A DNA stretch of 64,000 bases from a bacterium HR19. Its GTDB lineage: Bacteria; Calescibacteriota; Calescibacteriia; Calescibacteriales; Calescibacteriaceae. The notes under the pieces were generated by a model that saw nothing but the letters and a program-made list of their open reading frames with translations, ran no database searches and was not told where the DNA came from. Both the position numbers and the translations under genes were made by a program. Within the stretch, counting starts at the first letter, position 1; each line of letters starts with the position of its first letter. The DNA lies in assembly GCA_002898315.1 (NCBI GenBank), contig BEHV01000005.1:8859-72858 (forward strand), written 5' to 3'. This document shows positions 48,836-58,501 of the stretch, piece by piece.

Positions 48836-49744
48836 ATGATTAATTTATTTTCACAAAAGATAATGGCTCATCAGATAAAAATAACAGATAAAGACCTTTC
48901 AGAAGCGCTTGAAAAGATCCCCCCTCTCTCCCCTGTTGTAGCAAATGTTCTCAAACTCATAAGAGACCCGCTTTCTTCATCTTCTAAAATAGCACAAGAA
49001 ATAGCAAAGGACCCCGTCTTATCATTTGAGGTGATGAAACTTGTTAACTCCCCCCTTTATGGGTTCTCAAGAAAAATAGAAACACTTGAACACGCAGTAG
49101 CCCTCCTCGGTTTAAAATCTCTTGAATCTATAATAATATCTGCTCAGGCGAAAAACTCCTTTGATATAGAACTAAAATACTTCAGGCTAAAAAGAGGAGA
49201 ACTCAGCTTACAGGCATTCATAGGAGCATACACATCTAAACTCGTATCTCAAGACAAATGGCCAGGAGTTGAAGATGTCGCCTTCACAGCAGGAGTCCTC
49301 AGAGTAATAGGTAAAATAGCTATGGATTACTTCATCTCAAAAAACTTTCCCGAAGTAGAAGCGGAAATGAAAAAGGGGGAAAGCTTTGATAAAATAGAAA
49401 AAAAACTTTTCGGACTTACCTCATCAGACCTTTCATCTATCATTCTTGAAAAGTGGAAAATTCCCGAAGAAATAAGGGAAATTGTGTCAAAGTTCAATAA
49501 ACTCCATCTGATAAAAGATAAATCAAGCAGATTATACAGGTTAGCTGTATCGGTCCATATAGGAGATAGAGTGGCCATGATGACAGGAATAGGAGCGTCA
49601 ATAGATTCTATGTTGTACCAGATAGATGAAGAGATTTTCAAAAACGCAGGCATAAAGCCAGAAGATATTGAAAAATACCTTGAAGAAACATTAAAAATAT
49701 ATCCTTTGCTTGTGAAGGAGTTGTCGTATATATTACCTCCATAA
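48836..49744 (+). CDS. HDOD domain protein
   Basis: IPPLSPV, DPVLSFEVMKLVNSPLYG, AVALLG, AFTAGVLRVIGK, EKWKIP; start may be ATG at 48863. Confidence 0.88.
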   Translation: MINLFSQKIMAHQIKITDKDLSEALEKIPPLSPVVANVLKLIRDPLSSSSKIAQEIAKDPVLSFEVMKLVNSPLYGFSRKIETLEHAVALLGLKSLESIIISAQAKNSFDIELKYFRLKRGELSLQAFIGAYTSKLVSQDKWPGVEDVAFTAGVLRVIGKIAMDYFISKNFPEVEAEMKKGESFDKIEKKLFGLTSSDLSSIILEKWKIPEEIREIVSKFNKLHLIKDKSSRLYRLAVSVHIGDRVAMMTGIGASIDSMLYQIDEEIFKNAGIKPEDIEKYLEETLKIYPLLVKELSYILPP

Positions 49745-49770
49745 ATCTTTAAATCTTTTCTTTTTTTGAG

Positions 49771-50583
49771 GTGAAGAAAATGGATTATAAAAATAAGAAA
49801 GAAAAAAATGAAGAAAAGATATCTCCTTGGAGGAATCTTGCAAGTCAGATATGGAAACACCCCTACGACCCTTCAATATACGGATTTATAGAAGTAGATA
49901 CAACAGAAATGCAAAAGTACATAGTAAAAAAAAGGGAAGAAACAGGCGAGAAAATAACAATAACGCACATTATAGGGAAAGCGCTGGGAGATACTCTCGG
50001 AGAGCTTCCTCACCTTAACTTGATAATGAGGAGAGGAAAACTTGTTCGGCGAGAATCTGTTGATATATTCTTCCAAGTTGAATTCGGCGGAGGTCAGCTT
50101 GCTGGAGTAAAAATAAAAGATGTAGATAAAAAGAAGATTGAAGAGATAGCAAGAGAGCTAAGGGAAAAAGCACAGGAGATAAGGGAAGGGAAAGAGAAAA
50201 AAATGTTATCAATGATAAAGTTGTTCGGAAAAATGCCAGTTCCTATACTCAAAGTACTTTTGCGTCTATCACATTTCCTTTCTTATGAACTCGGAATCTC
50301 AATCGGAGGGCTTGATAAGGACCCATTTGGTTCTGCCATGGTCACAAATGTAGGAATCTTCGGACTTGAAATAGGTTTTGCCCCCCTTTTCCCTCTTTCA
50401 AGAACTCCAATAGTAGCTACTGTTGGGAAAATAAGGTTGAAACCCTTTATTGTTGGAGAGAACATAGAACCAAGACCAATTCTGACAATAGGGGCGACAA
50501 TAGACCACAGATACTACGATGGCTATCACATAGCACTGCTGACTCAAAAGTTCATTGAAAAAATAGAAGGGTTCAGAGCTTGA
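49771..50583 (+). CDS. stand-alone 2-oxoacid dehydrogenase acyltransferase (E2) catalytic-domain protein
   Basis: KITITH, FGSAMVTNVG, TIDHRYYDG; no lipoyl domain. Confidence 0.82.
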   Translation: MKKMDYKNKKEKNEEKISPWRNLASQIWKHPYDPSIYGFIEVDTTEMQKYIVKKREETGEKITITHIIGKALGDTLGELPHLNLIMRRGKLVRRESVDIFFQVEFGGGQLAGVKIKDVDKKKIEEIARELREKAQEIREGKEKKMLSMIKLFGKMPVPILKVLLRLSHFLSYELGISIGGLDKDPFGSAMVTNVGIFGLEIGFAPLFPLSRTPIVATVGKIRLKPFIVGENIEPRPILTIGATIDHRYYDGYHIALLTQKFIEKIEGFRA

Positions 50584-50627
50584 TTCTAACTCAATTATAA
50601 ATAAAAATAGCTTCAATCAGCGCTAAT

Positions 50628-50906
50628 TTATCTTTCTCTTCTTGGAGACCCTCTGAAATTTTTTCCTCCTTTTTGCTGTCTCGGAGTGGAACGAGGAGGA
50701 GATAACCTCTGGACCTCCACCGCTCTTACGCCCTTCTGGTCCTCCTTCAAGCTGAACTCAACTTGCTCACCTTGGACAAGCGTTTTAAACCCTTCACTCT
50801 TTATTTCTGTCCAGTGAACGAAGACATCACCCTGTCCATCTTCCCGAGATATAAAACCATAACCTTTCTTTGAATCAAACCATTTTACTGTTCCTTTTAA
50901 CCTCAT
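50628..50906 (-). CDS. cold-shock domain protein
   Basis: GTVKWFDSKKGYGFI (RNP1), DVFVHW (RNP2), basic C-terminal tail; AGGAGG RBS. Confidence 0.95.
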   Translation of the reverse strand: MRLKGTVKWFDSKKGYGFISREDGQGDVFVHWTEIKSEGFKTLVQGEQVEFSLKEDQKGVRAVEVQRLSPPRSTPRQQKGGKNFRGSPRRER

Positions 50907-50931
50907 TGTTTATTCCTCCTGATAACAATTT

Positions 50932-50985
50932 TGAGATACTCACAGCGCGAGTACCTCAGTTAAACCAGCTGAAAGCTGATTTAAC
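50932..50985 (-). promoter_or_regulatory. twin-hairpin 5' leader of the csp gene
   Basis: Two abutting 27-nt stem-loops: GTTAAATCAGCT-TTC-AGCTGGTTTAAC and TGAGGTACTCGC-GCT-GTGAGTATCTCA. Confidence 0.6.
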
Positions 50986-51088
50986 CCAAAAAATTTATGT
51001 ATTATTTCAAAAAAAACAAGAAAAACAAAAAAAAAGCAAAAAGGAATAATTTTTTCTCTGCAAAAAACTTCTCTATAAGGAGGTAATT

Positions 51089-51541
51089 TTGCAGATGGAA
51101 GAAAAAGAAAAGAGAAGGAGAGGTAAGGAAGGGAGAAAAGGTTCCAGAGCAAAAGCGCAAAGAAAGCAAGATACCCCAGAGGTTGAACAAAATATCCAGA
51201 GCGAAGAAAAAACTCATATACAAGAGGAATTCAGAGCAGAAACTGAAATCCCGCAGGTGGAGCAAACTGCCGAAGATTATCAGAAAAAAGAAACTCTACC
51301 CTTTCCCATCAGCATTGCGATTAATGAGTTCAATAAAATAAAAGAGAAGATAAGCTCACGGGTTCAGGTGGCAAAAAATCTTTATTCTCTTTTTCAGGGG
51401 ATGAGACAGATGTATGGGGGAGATACAAGAAAGGTAATTCAAGTTATTGCTGGGTTTGCAAAAGAGGAAGCAAAAAGGAGAATAAACGAAGCAAAAAACA
51501 AAGTGAAAGAGAAAATAGGGCTGAAAACAAAAGAAAAATAA
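51089..51541 (+). CDS. hypothetical protein
   Basis: TAAGGAGG RBS; charged N-terminus and helical C-terminus; no recognised motif. Confidence 0.65.
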   Translation: MQMEEKEKRRRGKEGRKGSRAKAQRKQDTPEVEQNIQSEEKTHIQEEFRAETEIPQVEQTAEDYQKKETLPFPISIAINEFNKIKEKISSRVQVAKNLYSLFQGMRQMYGGDTRKVIQVIAGFAKEEAKRRINEAKNKVKEKIGLKTKEK

Positions 51542-51630
51542 AACAGAAAAACAGAAATCATCTTTAATTTTTTGCAATTTGGTAAATATAATAGTGAGAG
51601 GCATTAGTAGAGGAAAGGAGGCAGGGTAAG

Positions 51631-52800
51631 ATGGTTAAGCTCTTTTCATCAGAATCTGTCACAGAGGGACATCCGGATAAGATGTGTGATAAAATTGCTG
51701 ATGCAATACTTGATGAATACATAAGAAAAGACAAATTCTCACGAGTCGCCTGCGAGGTTATGGCAACAGGAAACATAATATTTATAACAGGAGAATTCGC
51801 ATCATCTGCAACAGTAGACCACGAAGAAATAGCACGCAGAGTTGTCAGAGAAATAGGATATGAAGATGAAAAAAACTCAATAGATTGGAGAACTTGCAGA
51901 ATAGAAAAATATATAAAGGAGCAGTCAAGAGACATAGCAATAGGAGTTATAAAAGGTGAAGATATAGGAGCAGGAGACCAAGGGACTATGTTTGGGTATG
52001 CGGTAGATGAAACCCCAGAGCTCATGCCTCTTTCTATAATGCTCGCTCACAAAATAGTAAAAACAGTGTCAGAAAAAAGAAAAAGCGGAGAGGCACCTTT
52101 TTTAAGACCAGATGGGAAAAGTCAGGTCACAATTGAATATGAAAACGGAAAACCAAAAAGAGTTCATACAGTCGTTGTATCAGTTCAGCACTCAGAAGAA
52201 TATTCCTCTGAATCACATCAGAAAAAACTCAGAGATTTCATAATAGAGGAGGTGATTAAAAAAGTCATTCCAGCAGAATTCCTTATAAACACGAGATTTT
52301 TCATCAATCCAACGGGAAGATTTGTGATAGGGGGACCGCTTGGAGACGCAGGGTTGACAGGAAGGAAAATAGTAGTTGATACTTATGGTGGGCATTCAAG
52401 ACACGGTGGAGGTGCTTTTTCAGGAAAAGACCCAACAAAGGTAGACCGTTCAGCTAACTACATGGCAAGAAGAATAGCTAAAACAATAGTTGCATCGGGA
52501 ATCGCAAAAAAATGCGAAGTGAATTTGACTTATGTAATAGGGGTTTCTGACCCTGTACACATAACAGTAGAAACTTTCGGAACTTCAAAAGTTCCAGAAG
52601 AAAAAATTCAAAAGCTTGTCCACGAAATCTTTCCTCTTCGTCCAAAAGAGATTATTGAATTCCTTGACCTCAGAAGACCAATATACGAAAAAACAGCTAC
52701 ATACGGGCACTTTGGCAGAGAAGATGATGACTTCACTTGGGAAAAATTAAACCAAGAGGAAGTGGAAATGTTCAGAAACCTTCTCAAAAACTACAAATGA
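51631..52800 (+). CDS. metK: S-adenosylmethionine synthetase
   Basis: SESVTEGHPDK, GAGDQG, RPDGKSQVT, GGGAFSGKDPTKVDRS, YGHFGR. Confidence 0.98.
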   Translation: MVKLFSSESVTEGHPDKMCDKIADAILDEYIRKDKFSRVACEVMATGNIIFITGEFASSATVDHEEIARRVVREIGYEDEKNSIDWRTCRIEKYIKEQSRDIAIGVIKGEDIGAGDQGTMFGYAVDETPELMPLSIMLAHKIVKTVSEKRKSGEAPFLRPDGKSQVTIEYENGKPKRVHTVVVSVQHSEEYSSESHQKKLRDFIIEEVIKKVIPAEFLINTRFFINPTGRFVIGGPLGDAGLTGRKIVVDTYGGHSRHGGGAFSGKDPTKVDRSANYMARRIAKTIVASGIAKKCEVNLTYVIGVSDPVHITVETFGTSKVPEEKIQKLVHEIFPLRPKEIIEFLDLRRPIYEKTATYGHFGREDDDFTWEKLNQEEVEMFRNLLKNYK

Positions 52801-52922
52801 AATGAAAAAATGAACAGGAATTTAAGAAATATAAGAAGGTGCAGAAAAATTCTTCACAAAACAACTACCAAGCTCAAACAACTTAAAAATTAATCTTATG
52901 GTTTGAGGGAGGTAAAACCATC

Positions 52923-53546
52923 ATGGAATCAGAAAAAAAAGCAGATAAAATAGACAATGTAAAAGTTTATTTTTTTTCAAAGAACACAAATATAACCGAC
53001 TTTGTAAAAAACTACTTTCTGGAAAAATTTTCAAAGACGGTACAGAAAATTCCTGAAAACATAAGAGAGAACGCAAAGATTTATTTCATATACAAAAAAG
53101 AAGGTAAGAGCAAAAGCGGAGAGGTCATAATAACTACCACAAAAAAGACATTCCCATCAATCTACACAGAGGAAGAAGGCACGGACCCGAGAGTCATTAT
53201 AGATAAACTTTCGGAAGAGATTGAAAGACAAATAGATAGGTTCAAGACAGAATTCTGGAAAGAAATAAGAGAGGAAATGCAGACAAAAAGAGAAATTTCC
53301 TTGGAACCAGCAGAAGTAAAAGCAGAAGAAGAAATCTCATATCAGGAAGAACCAGAAATAGAAAGAATAAGAGTGAACATTGAAAAACCTATGACCGTAG
53401 ATGATGCGATAGCAATTATGAAAGAGAATGAGAAAAAAAAGAGCGGAAGGAAAATTCCTGTCTTCGTTTTCAACGACTTTGACGGGAAGATAAAAATAAT
53501 TTTCAAGCAAAACGAAAAAAAATTCTTACTTTTTGAAGTAGAGTGA
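52923..53546 (+). CDS. ribosome hibernation promoting factor, long HPF type (divergent)
   Basis: [15 protein letters not shown]-terminus, IDKL...IERQI, C-terminal KPMTVDDAI...FVFND. Confidence 0.65.
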   Translation: MESEKKADKIDNVKVYFFSKNTNITDFVKNYFLEKFSKTVQKIPENIRENAKIYFIYKKEGKSKSGEVIITTTKKTFPSIYTEEEGTDPRVIIDKLSEEIERQIDRFKTEFWKEIREEMQTKREISLEPAEVKAEEEISYQEEPEIERIRVNIEKPMTVDDAIAIMKENEKKKSGRKIPVFVFNDFDGKIKIIFKQNEKKFLLFEVE

Positions 53547-53652
53547 TTTTCAGCCATCTTCAAGAAATCAGAAAGAAAATCTGCTCAAAATTCACACAGA
53601 TATAAAAAACGGAAATAAGATAAAAATTCTGAAAAATTTTAAAATAAACTGT

Positions 53653-54729
53653 ATGTTAGGAGTTTTAATTGGAACATCTTTGATTTTGATAACCTTTATT
53701 GTATATGTAGTAGTAGCAGGTTTTTCTGTTGGAACACTTATCATAGCAATCGCAGGAATAATAGCAGTTCTCGGAGTGTTCCTTCTTCTAAAAATTGAGG
53801 AAAGAAGGAAATTTGAGAGGTTTATTGAAGACGCAAAGAGCGAAAGCCCAAAAACCCAAAATGGTCAAAGAATAAAAGAACTCATAAAAGATATGATTGA
53901 AGCCGAGAAAAGAGCAATAGAATCAAAGATGATGTCTATTCAGAAAGATTTTGACGAACTGGAGAAAAAGTTTGATAAATTAGAGAAAGATTTAGACCTG
54001 CAACTTAACAAGGTGAATGTTATAGTCACAGCTTCGGAGGAGCTTTCTGCTTCCTCAGCAGAGGTAGCTTCAAGAATAGTTCTTATTGCGTCAACAGTAG
54101 AGGAAACCGCAAAATCTTCTCGTCAAGGCGTTGAAAAAATGGACTCAATCGTAAAATTCATAAACGAAATAGCTACAACTATGGAGAATGTCATTGATAT
54201 GGCGAGAAACCTTGAAAAAGAAACAAAAGAGATATCGGAGATAATCTCTATAATAGAAGATATAACAGATCAGACAAACCTTCTTGCTCTGAACGCAGCG
54301 ATAGAGGCAGCAAGAGCAGGAGAACAAGGTAAAGGTTTCGCTGTCGTCGCGGGAGAGGTGCGAAAACTTGCAGAAAGAACCTACGGTGCAGCAAGAGAAA
54401 TAGCAGAAAAAATAAACCTTATCATATCAAGAGTTGGGCAGACCTATGAGGCGATAGAAAAAGAATTTGAGGTGGTAAAAAGAGGTGTTGAGGCAGTTCA
54501 GGAAGGTAAGAAAAGTTTTGATGAAGTCACACAATCTACCGATAAAATAAACACAGAAATAACAGCTATCTCTTCTGCAACAGAAGAGCAATCAAAAGTC
54601 ACAGATGAAATTTCAAGAAACCTGCTCTCGCTTCTTGAAGGAGTTAAAAATATTGAATCAGAATATAAACAAGCAATGATATATATGAAAAAATTCAAAG
54701 AAGAACTTCTCAACTCAATGAAGAAATAA
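53653..54729 (+). CDS. methyl-accepting chemotaxis protein
   Basis: [37 protein letters not shown]; two adjacent N-terminal TM segments. Confidence 0.93.
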   Translation: MLGVLIGTSLILITFIVYVVVAGFSVGTLIIAIAGIIAVLGVFLLLKIEERRKFERFIEDAKSESPKTQNGQRIKELIKDMIEAEKRAIESKMMSIQKDFDELEKKFDKLEKDLDLQLNKVNVIVTASEELSASSAEVASRIVLIASTVEETAKSSRQGVEKMDSIVKFINEIATTMENVIDMARNLEKETKEISEIISIIEDITDQTNLLALNAAIEAARAGEQGKGFAVVAGEVRKLAERTYGAAREIAEKINLIISRVGQTYEAIEKEFEVVKRGVEAVQEGKKSFDEVTQSTDKINTEITAISSATEEQSKVTDEISRNLLSLLEGVKNIESEYKQAMIYMKKFKEELLNSMKK

Positions 54730-54741
54730 ATAAATCTGGAT

Positions 54742-55494
54742 TTATTTTTTAAAGAACGGCGGGAGAACTTCAAGTTTATGCTTTACCCCTTTTTGACAAG
54801 CCAGAGCGAAAAAGTCAGCGCTTTTATCAAAAGAGTGATGGAAAAATCTGATGAAAACCGGTTTTAGTCGAAACTTGAAGAAGGTAGATAAAACCTCTCC
54901 TAACCTGTAAGATGGATACACTACAAAAACAAATCCTCTGTTTTTTACAAGACGTGAAGAAACTTCCGCAAAGGTTCTGAGGTTAAGAGTTATCTCCCAT
55001 TTAGCAATAGCATATTTATCTGATTTTTTTCCTTCTTCTGGGGGGATGTATGGTGGGTTTGAAACTATAATGTCAAAAGATTCTGGTCTGAAAGGATAAA
55101 ATCTTATATCACCGCAAACTGAAAAAGCTCTCACTCCATTACTCTGAAAGTTAAGGAGAGATAAATTTGACATAAGCTTATCTATATCTATGGCGAAGAA
55201 CTTATAGTTTTTCAATTCTCTTGCGAGCAAAAGTGTTATTATTCCACAACCAGCTCCTATATCAACACAGAACTTCACATTACTGCTCCTTTCTATATTT
55301 TCGTTTCTTTCCTCGGTTTCTTTTTCTATTTTCCTGATTATTTGAATAACAAACTCAGAGAGAAAAACAGAGTCATCTGAAAAGTGCCAACCCTCAATAG
55401 GTTGAAATATTCTGAGTCCTGATATACTTGTTTCAAATATTTGAGATGGGGAGAGATTGCCAGATAAGCCGGTTTCTGTGTTTTTGGGTATCAT
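54742..55494 (-). CDS. SAM-dependent N6-adenine methyltransferase, tRNA1(Val) m6A37 TrmN6/YfiC-like (start uncertain)
   Basis: IFQPIEGWHFSDDSVFL, DIGAGCG, IVSNPPY, AKWE; candidate starts ATG 55494 (inside rnpB) or GTG 55278. Confidence 0.8.
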   Translation of the reverse strand: MIPKNTETGLSGNLSPSQIFETSISGLRIFQPIEGWHFSDDSVFLSEFVIQIIRKIEKETEERNENIERSSNVKFCVDIGAGCGIITLLLARELKNYKFFAIDIDKLMSNLSLLNFQSNGVRAFSVCGDIRFYPFRPESFDIIVSNPPYIPPEEGKKSDKYAIAKWEITLNLRTFAEVSSRLVKNRGFVFVVYPSYRLGEVLSTFFKFRLKPVFIRFFHHSFDKSADFFALACQKGVKHKLEVLPPFFKK

Positions 55495-55884
55495 TACTCT
55501 AAGCGGCCTACCCGGGGGTAAATGGCGGTAAGGAGCGACCCGCAAGGAGAGAGAAGTGGAACAAGCTCAAAAACATTTTTATTTTTCTTCATCCTCTCTC
55601 TCCTTTCCCCCCTGCTTGGCCTTGCCCGGGGTGGGGTTTACCAAGCAAACCCGGTTGCCCGGGTTTCTGGTGCGCTCTTACCGCACCTTTTCACCCTTGC
55701 GGTATGTATGAAAATACATACCGCGGTATGTTTTCTGTGGCACTTTCCAGCACTCTCATGCCCCCGCTCCACCCTAACGAAAAATAGGGCTTAACGGGCA
55801 CCCCGCTCCTTATGGGACCGGACTTTCCTCACAGGGACTTCAAAAACGAAGTCCCTGCGCGATACCCTCTCGCAATCTCTCCCC
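55448..55884 (-). ncRNA. rnpB: RNase P RNA, bacterial type A, lacking P18
   Basis: GAGGAAAGTCCGG and ACAGAAACCGGCTTA (P4), AGTGCCACAGAAA, GGGTGAAAAGGTGCGGTAAGAGCGCACC, GGTAAACCCC, P1 GGGGAGAGATTGC/GCAATCTCTCCCC. Confidence 0.95.
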
Positions 55885-55965
55885 TATATATATAAATCTA
55901 ATCAATAAATCACATCTCTGATGAATTGTTCAAAACGTTAATACTCTACCACAGAAATAAACCTA

Positions 55966-57228
55966 CTATGTAAATAACTCAACATCTTCACTATCTTCCT
56001 TACCGCTCTCTTTTCGTTCATTTCTCTTTGTTATCTTCACAAGATTTATCTTATTTTTTGAAATATCAACAACTTCAAACTGATAGCCATCAAAATATAT
56101 TTTCTCTCCCTTCTCGGGAAGCTGTCCCAGAACTGAAAGAATAGTTGATGAAACCGTTGGATATTTTTCTGAAATTTGCAAACCAAGTTCTCTATTTATA
56201 TCTCTTATAGCTGCCTCTCCTTTAACATATATGTTTTCTCCCGACACCCAGAAAAATTCCTTTTTCTCGGAGAACTCATCTTCTATGTCTCCTATTATTT
56301 CTTCAAGAATATCTTCAAGAGTTGCTATCCCTTCAAATTCGCCCCTATCGTTTATTATACAGACCATATGAGTTCTCCATTTTTTGAAGTCAGTAAGTTG
56401 TTCAAGTACAGATTTTGAAGGAGCAGAGATTCTCGCAGGGGCAACTATATCTGGATTCTCAAAAATCAAATCACCCAATTTCTTTTTGGCTATTTCACCG
56501 CTACCCCTTTGCTTAAACAGAAGTGGAATAAGATTTTTTGAAAGGCATATTCCGACGACCTTCCCATCAGATAATACAGGATACCTCGTATGCTTGGTTT
56601 TCTCTATAAGTTTTATAACTTCTTCCAATGTCATGTTAACATCAAGAGTTCTCACCTCGTTGCGATGGATCATAATATCTTGGAGTTCAAGTTCTGCAAG
56701 ACGAGAAACGCCTTCTACCATTTTTATTTGCTCTTTGCTGAATCTATCTAAACTTAGTACAGCTTTTAGTTCCTCTGTTGAAGAAGTCCTCATTATCTTC
56801 TCTATTGGTTTGAGAAATGGGGAGAGAAATCTGTACGGTAAGATGATGATCTTTATTATAATTTTTGCGAGCTCATATGAGTTTTTCAATCCCCAAGCCT
56901 TCGGTATAACCTCTCCAAAAAGAATTATACTGATTGTGACAAAAACTGTTGCTATCGCCACCCAGAGCTCACCTCCTAACTCCTTCGCCTTAGTCGTTAT
57001 GATAACCGTGATAGATATGTTGAAGATGTTATTTAGTGCGAGAGTTGTTGAGAAAAATTTTTCTGGATTCTTCAGAAGTTCGTATAAATTTCTATCTTTT
57101 TCTTTATCTATGCTATAAAGGAGTTTCTTTCTTTCTGCTGAATAGACCACCTCTGCAACAGAAGTGAAAGCAGAAAGAAATATAAAGATGAGAAAAACAA
57201 TTAATACTGTGTAGATTTCAGCAACCAC
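55966..57228 (-). CDS. CNNM/hemolysin family protein (DUF21 + CBS pair + CorC domain)
   Basis: LFGEVIPK, HTRYPV, TLEDILEEIIGDIEDE. Confidence 0.9.
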   Translation of the reverse strand: MVAEIYTVLIVFLIFIFLSAFTSVAEVVYSAERKKLLYSIDKEKDRNLYELLKNPEKFFSTTLALNNIFNISITVIITTKAKELGGELWVAIATVFVTISIILFGEVIPKAWGLKNSYELAKIIIKIIILPYRFLSPFLKPIEKIMRTSSTEELKAVLSLDRFSKEQIKMVEGVSRLAELELQDIMIHRNEVRTLDVNMTLEEVIKLIEKTKHTRYPVLSDGKVVGICLSKNLIPLLFKQRGSGEIAKKKLGDLIFENPDIVAPARISAPSKSVLEQLTDFKKWRTHMVCIINDRGEFEGIATLEDILEEIIGDIEDEFSEKKEFFWVSGENIYVKGEAAIRDINRELGLQISEKYPTVSSTILSVLGQLPEKGEKIYFDGYQFEVVDISKNKINLVKITKRNERKESGKEDSEDVELFT

Positions 57229-57331
57229 TTTCTGTATTTCTTTTCAGAGAAATATATAATTTAATACGGGATTTTCTAAGAAGTTGATTTTTGGAAAATG
57301 GCTCTGTCGGAAAGCAAGTTTCAGTTTCTGC

Positions 57332-58279
57332 CTATTTTTTTCTACTCCTTATTTCTTTCAGCTCTTTCTCAATAAGGACATAAAAGTCCTTTATCTCTGG
57401 ATTTGACTCTATGACTCTCTTTTTTATTTTTTCAAGAGCATTTTTTAGCTCTTCAATCTTTCTTGGGTCGTTTTCTACTCTGACCCTTTTAGAAAGTTCT
57501 TCCTGAGTTTGTTTTTCAAGTTTAACTATACCTTCCTCAACAGAGAGAGAGTTCTCAAGGATAAATTTTTCTCCCCTTCTTCTTGTTTCTTCTGGTATTT
57601 TATCCCATACATCTTTTCTGACAACTATTCCTGCAGAGTAAATGTACTGTGGCATGGGTATATATGACTTTATGAATTTGCTCCACTGCAAAGCATGAAG
57701 AGCGTAAAAGGTATTGAAAACAGTATCAACAATTCCTGTGGCGAGAGCTTGGAGGACATCTATTATTTGGAGAGGTACTATTTTAAAAATACCTTGGAGT
57801 TCTTTTGCTTGGGCTTCGGCGAGAGTATCTCCTATCCATACCCATAAATTTGACCCCCATATATTCTCTGACTTTGAAAAGATATAGACAAAACCTATGG
57901 CAAAATGAGAAAGAAGCTTATAACCTTTTTTCTCGTATCTCCTTGCTAATTCGGGAAAAAGTTTTGTTCTCACCTCAAAAAACTCTTCCCAGGAGTTAAA
58001 CACAAGAGGGATATCGTATGCTCTTATTTCGGGTGATATCATCTCTAACCCGTGGCTTGTGAGTCCAGCGGCGTGAAGTTGCCCAATTCTCAATTTCCTA
58101 ACTATATCTGCTTCGTCTCCCATAGCTGTTCCACTATATACTACAATTTTTGTGGTCTGGTCTTTTTCAAGTTCTTGTTTAATTTTCAGAGCCATATCAT
58201 ACCAGAAAGAACCTTCGGGGGCTATTGATGCGAGCTTCACAGTAAGACCTACAAAAAAAAGATTTACCAGAAGAAGCAT
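57332..58279 (-). CDS. TRAP transporter substrate-binding protein DctP (TatP-like subtype)
   Basis: KLASIAPEGSFW, MGDEADIVRKLRIGQLHAAGLT, WVWIGD, ALQW; start MLLLV at 58279 preferred. Confidence 0.85.
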   Translation of the reverse strand: MLLLVNLFFVGLTVKLASIAPEGSFWYDMALKIKQELEKDQTTKIVVYSGTAMGDEADIVRKLRIGQLHAAGLTSHGLEMISPEIRAYDIPLVFNSWEEFFEVRTKLFPELARRYEKKGYKLLSHFAIGFVYIFSKSENIWGSNLWVWIGDTLAEAQAKELQGIFKIVPLQIIDVLQALATGIVDTVFNTFYALHALQWSKFIKSYIPMPQYIYSAGIVVRKDVWDKIPEETRRRGEKFILENSLSVEEGIVKLEKQTQEELSKRVRVENDPRKIEELKNALEKIKKRVIESNPEIKDFYVLIEKELKEIRSRKK

Positions 58280-58501
58280 AAATATATTATTATATTTATT
58301 TATAGAAGAGTAAAATTGAGATTGATTTTTTTTCAGCAAATATCTTTCAGAAGATAAAATTACCTTGACGAAAAATTCTTTGAGCTTGAATTTCTTTCCA
58401 TAAGAAAACGCGCATACAAATAAAAACAAAAAATTTTTTATTTTAAAATTTAAATTGAAAAAATATTTAGGAAAGGAATGGTAATTTTGAATTTGAAAAA
58501 G

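Noticed and set aside
55522-55794. 90-aa plus-strand ORF
   Set aside because: Antisense shadow of RNase P RNA.
56384-57118. Long antisense ORFs (244 aa here; also 49327..49860, 27941..28441, 5477..5956)
   Set aside because: Ser/Phe/Ile-rich mirror frames of well-supported genes, expected from the purine-rich codon bias; no motifs.
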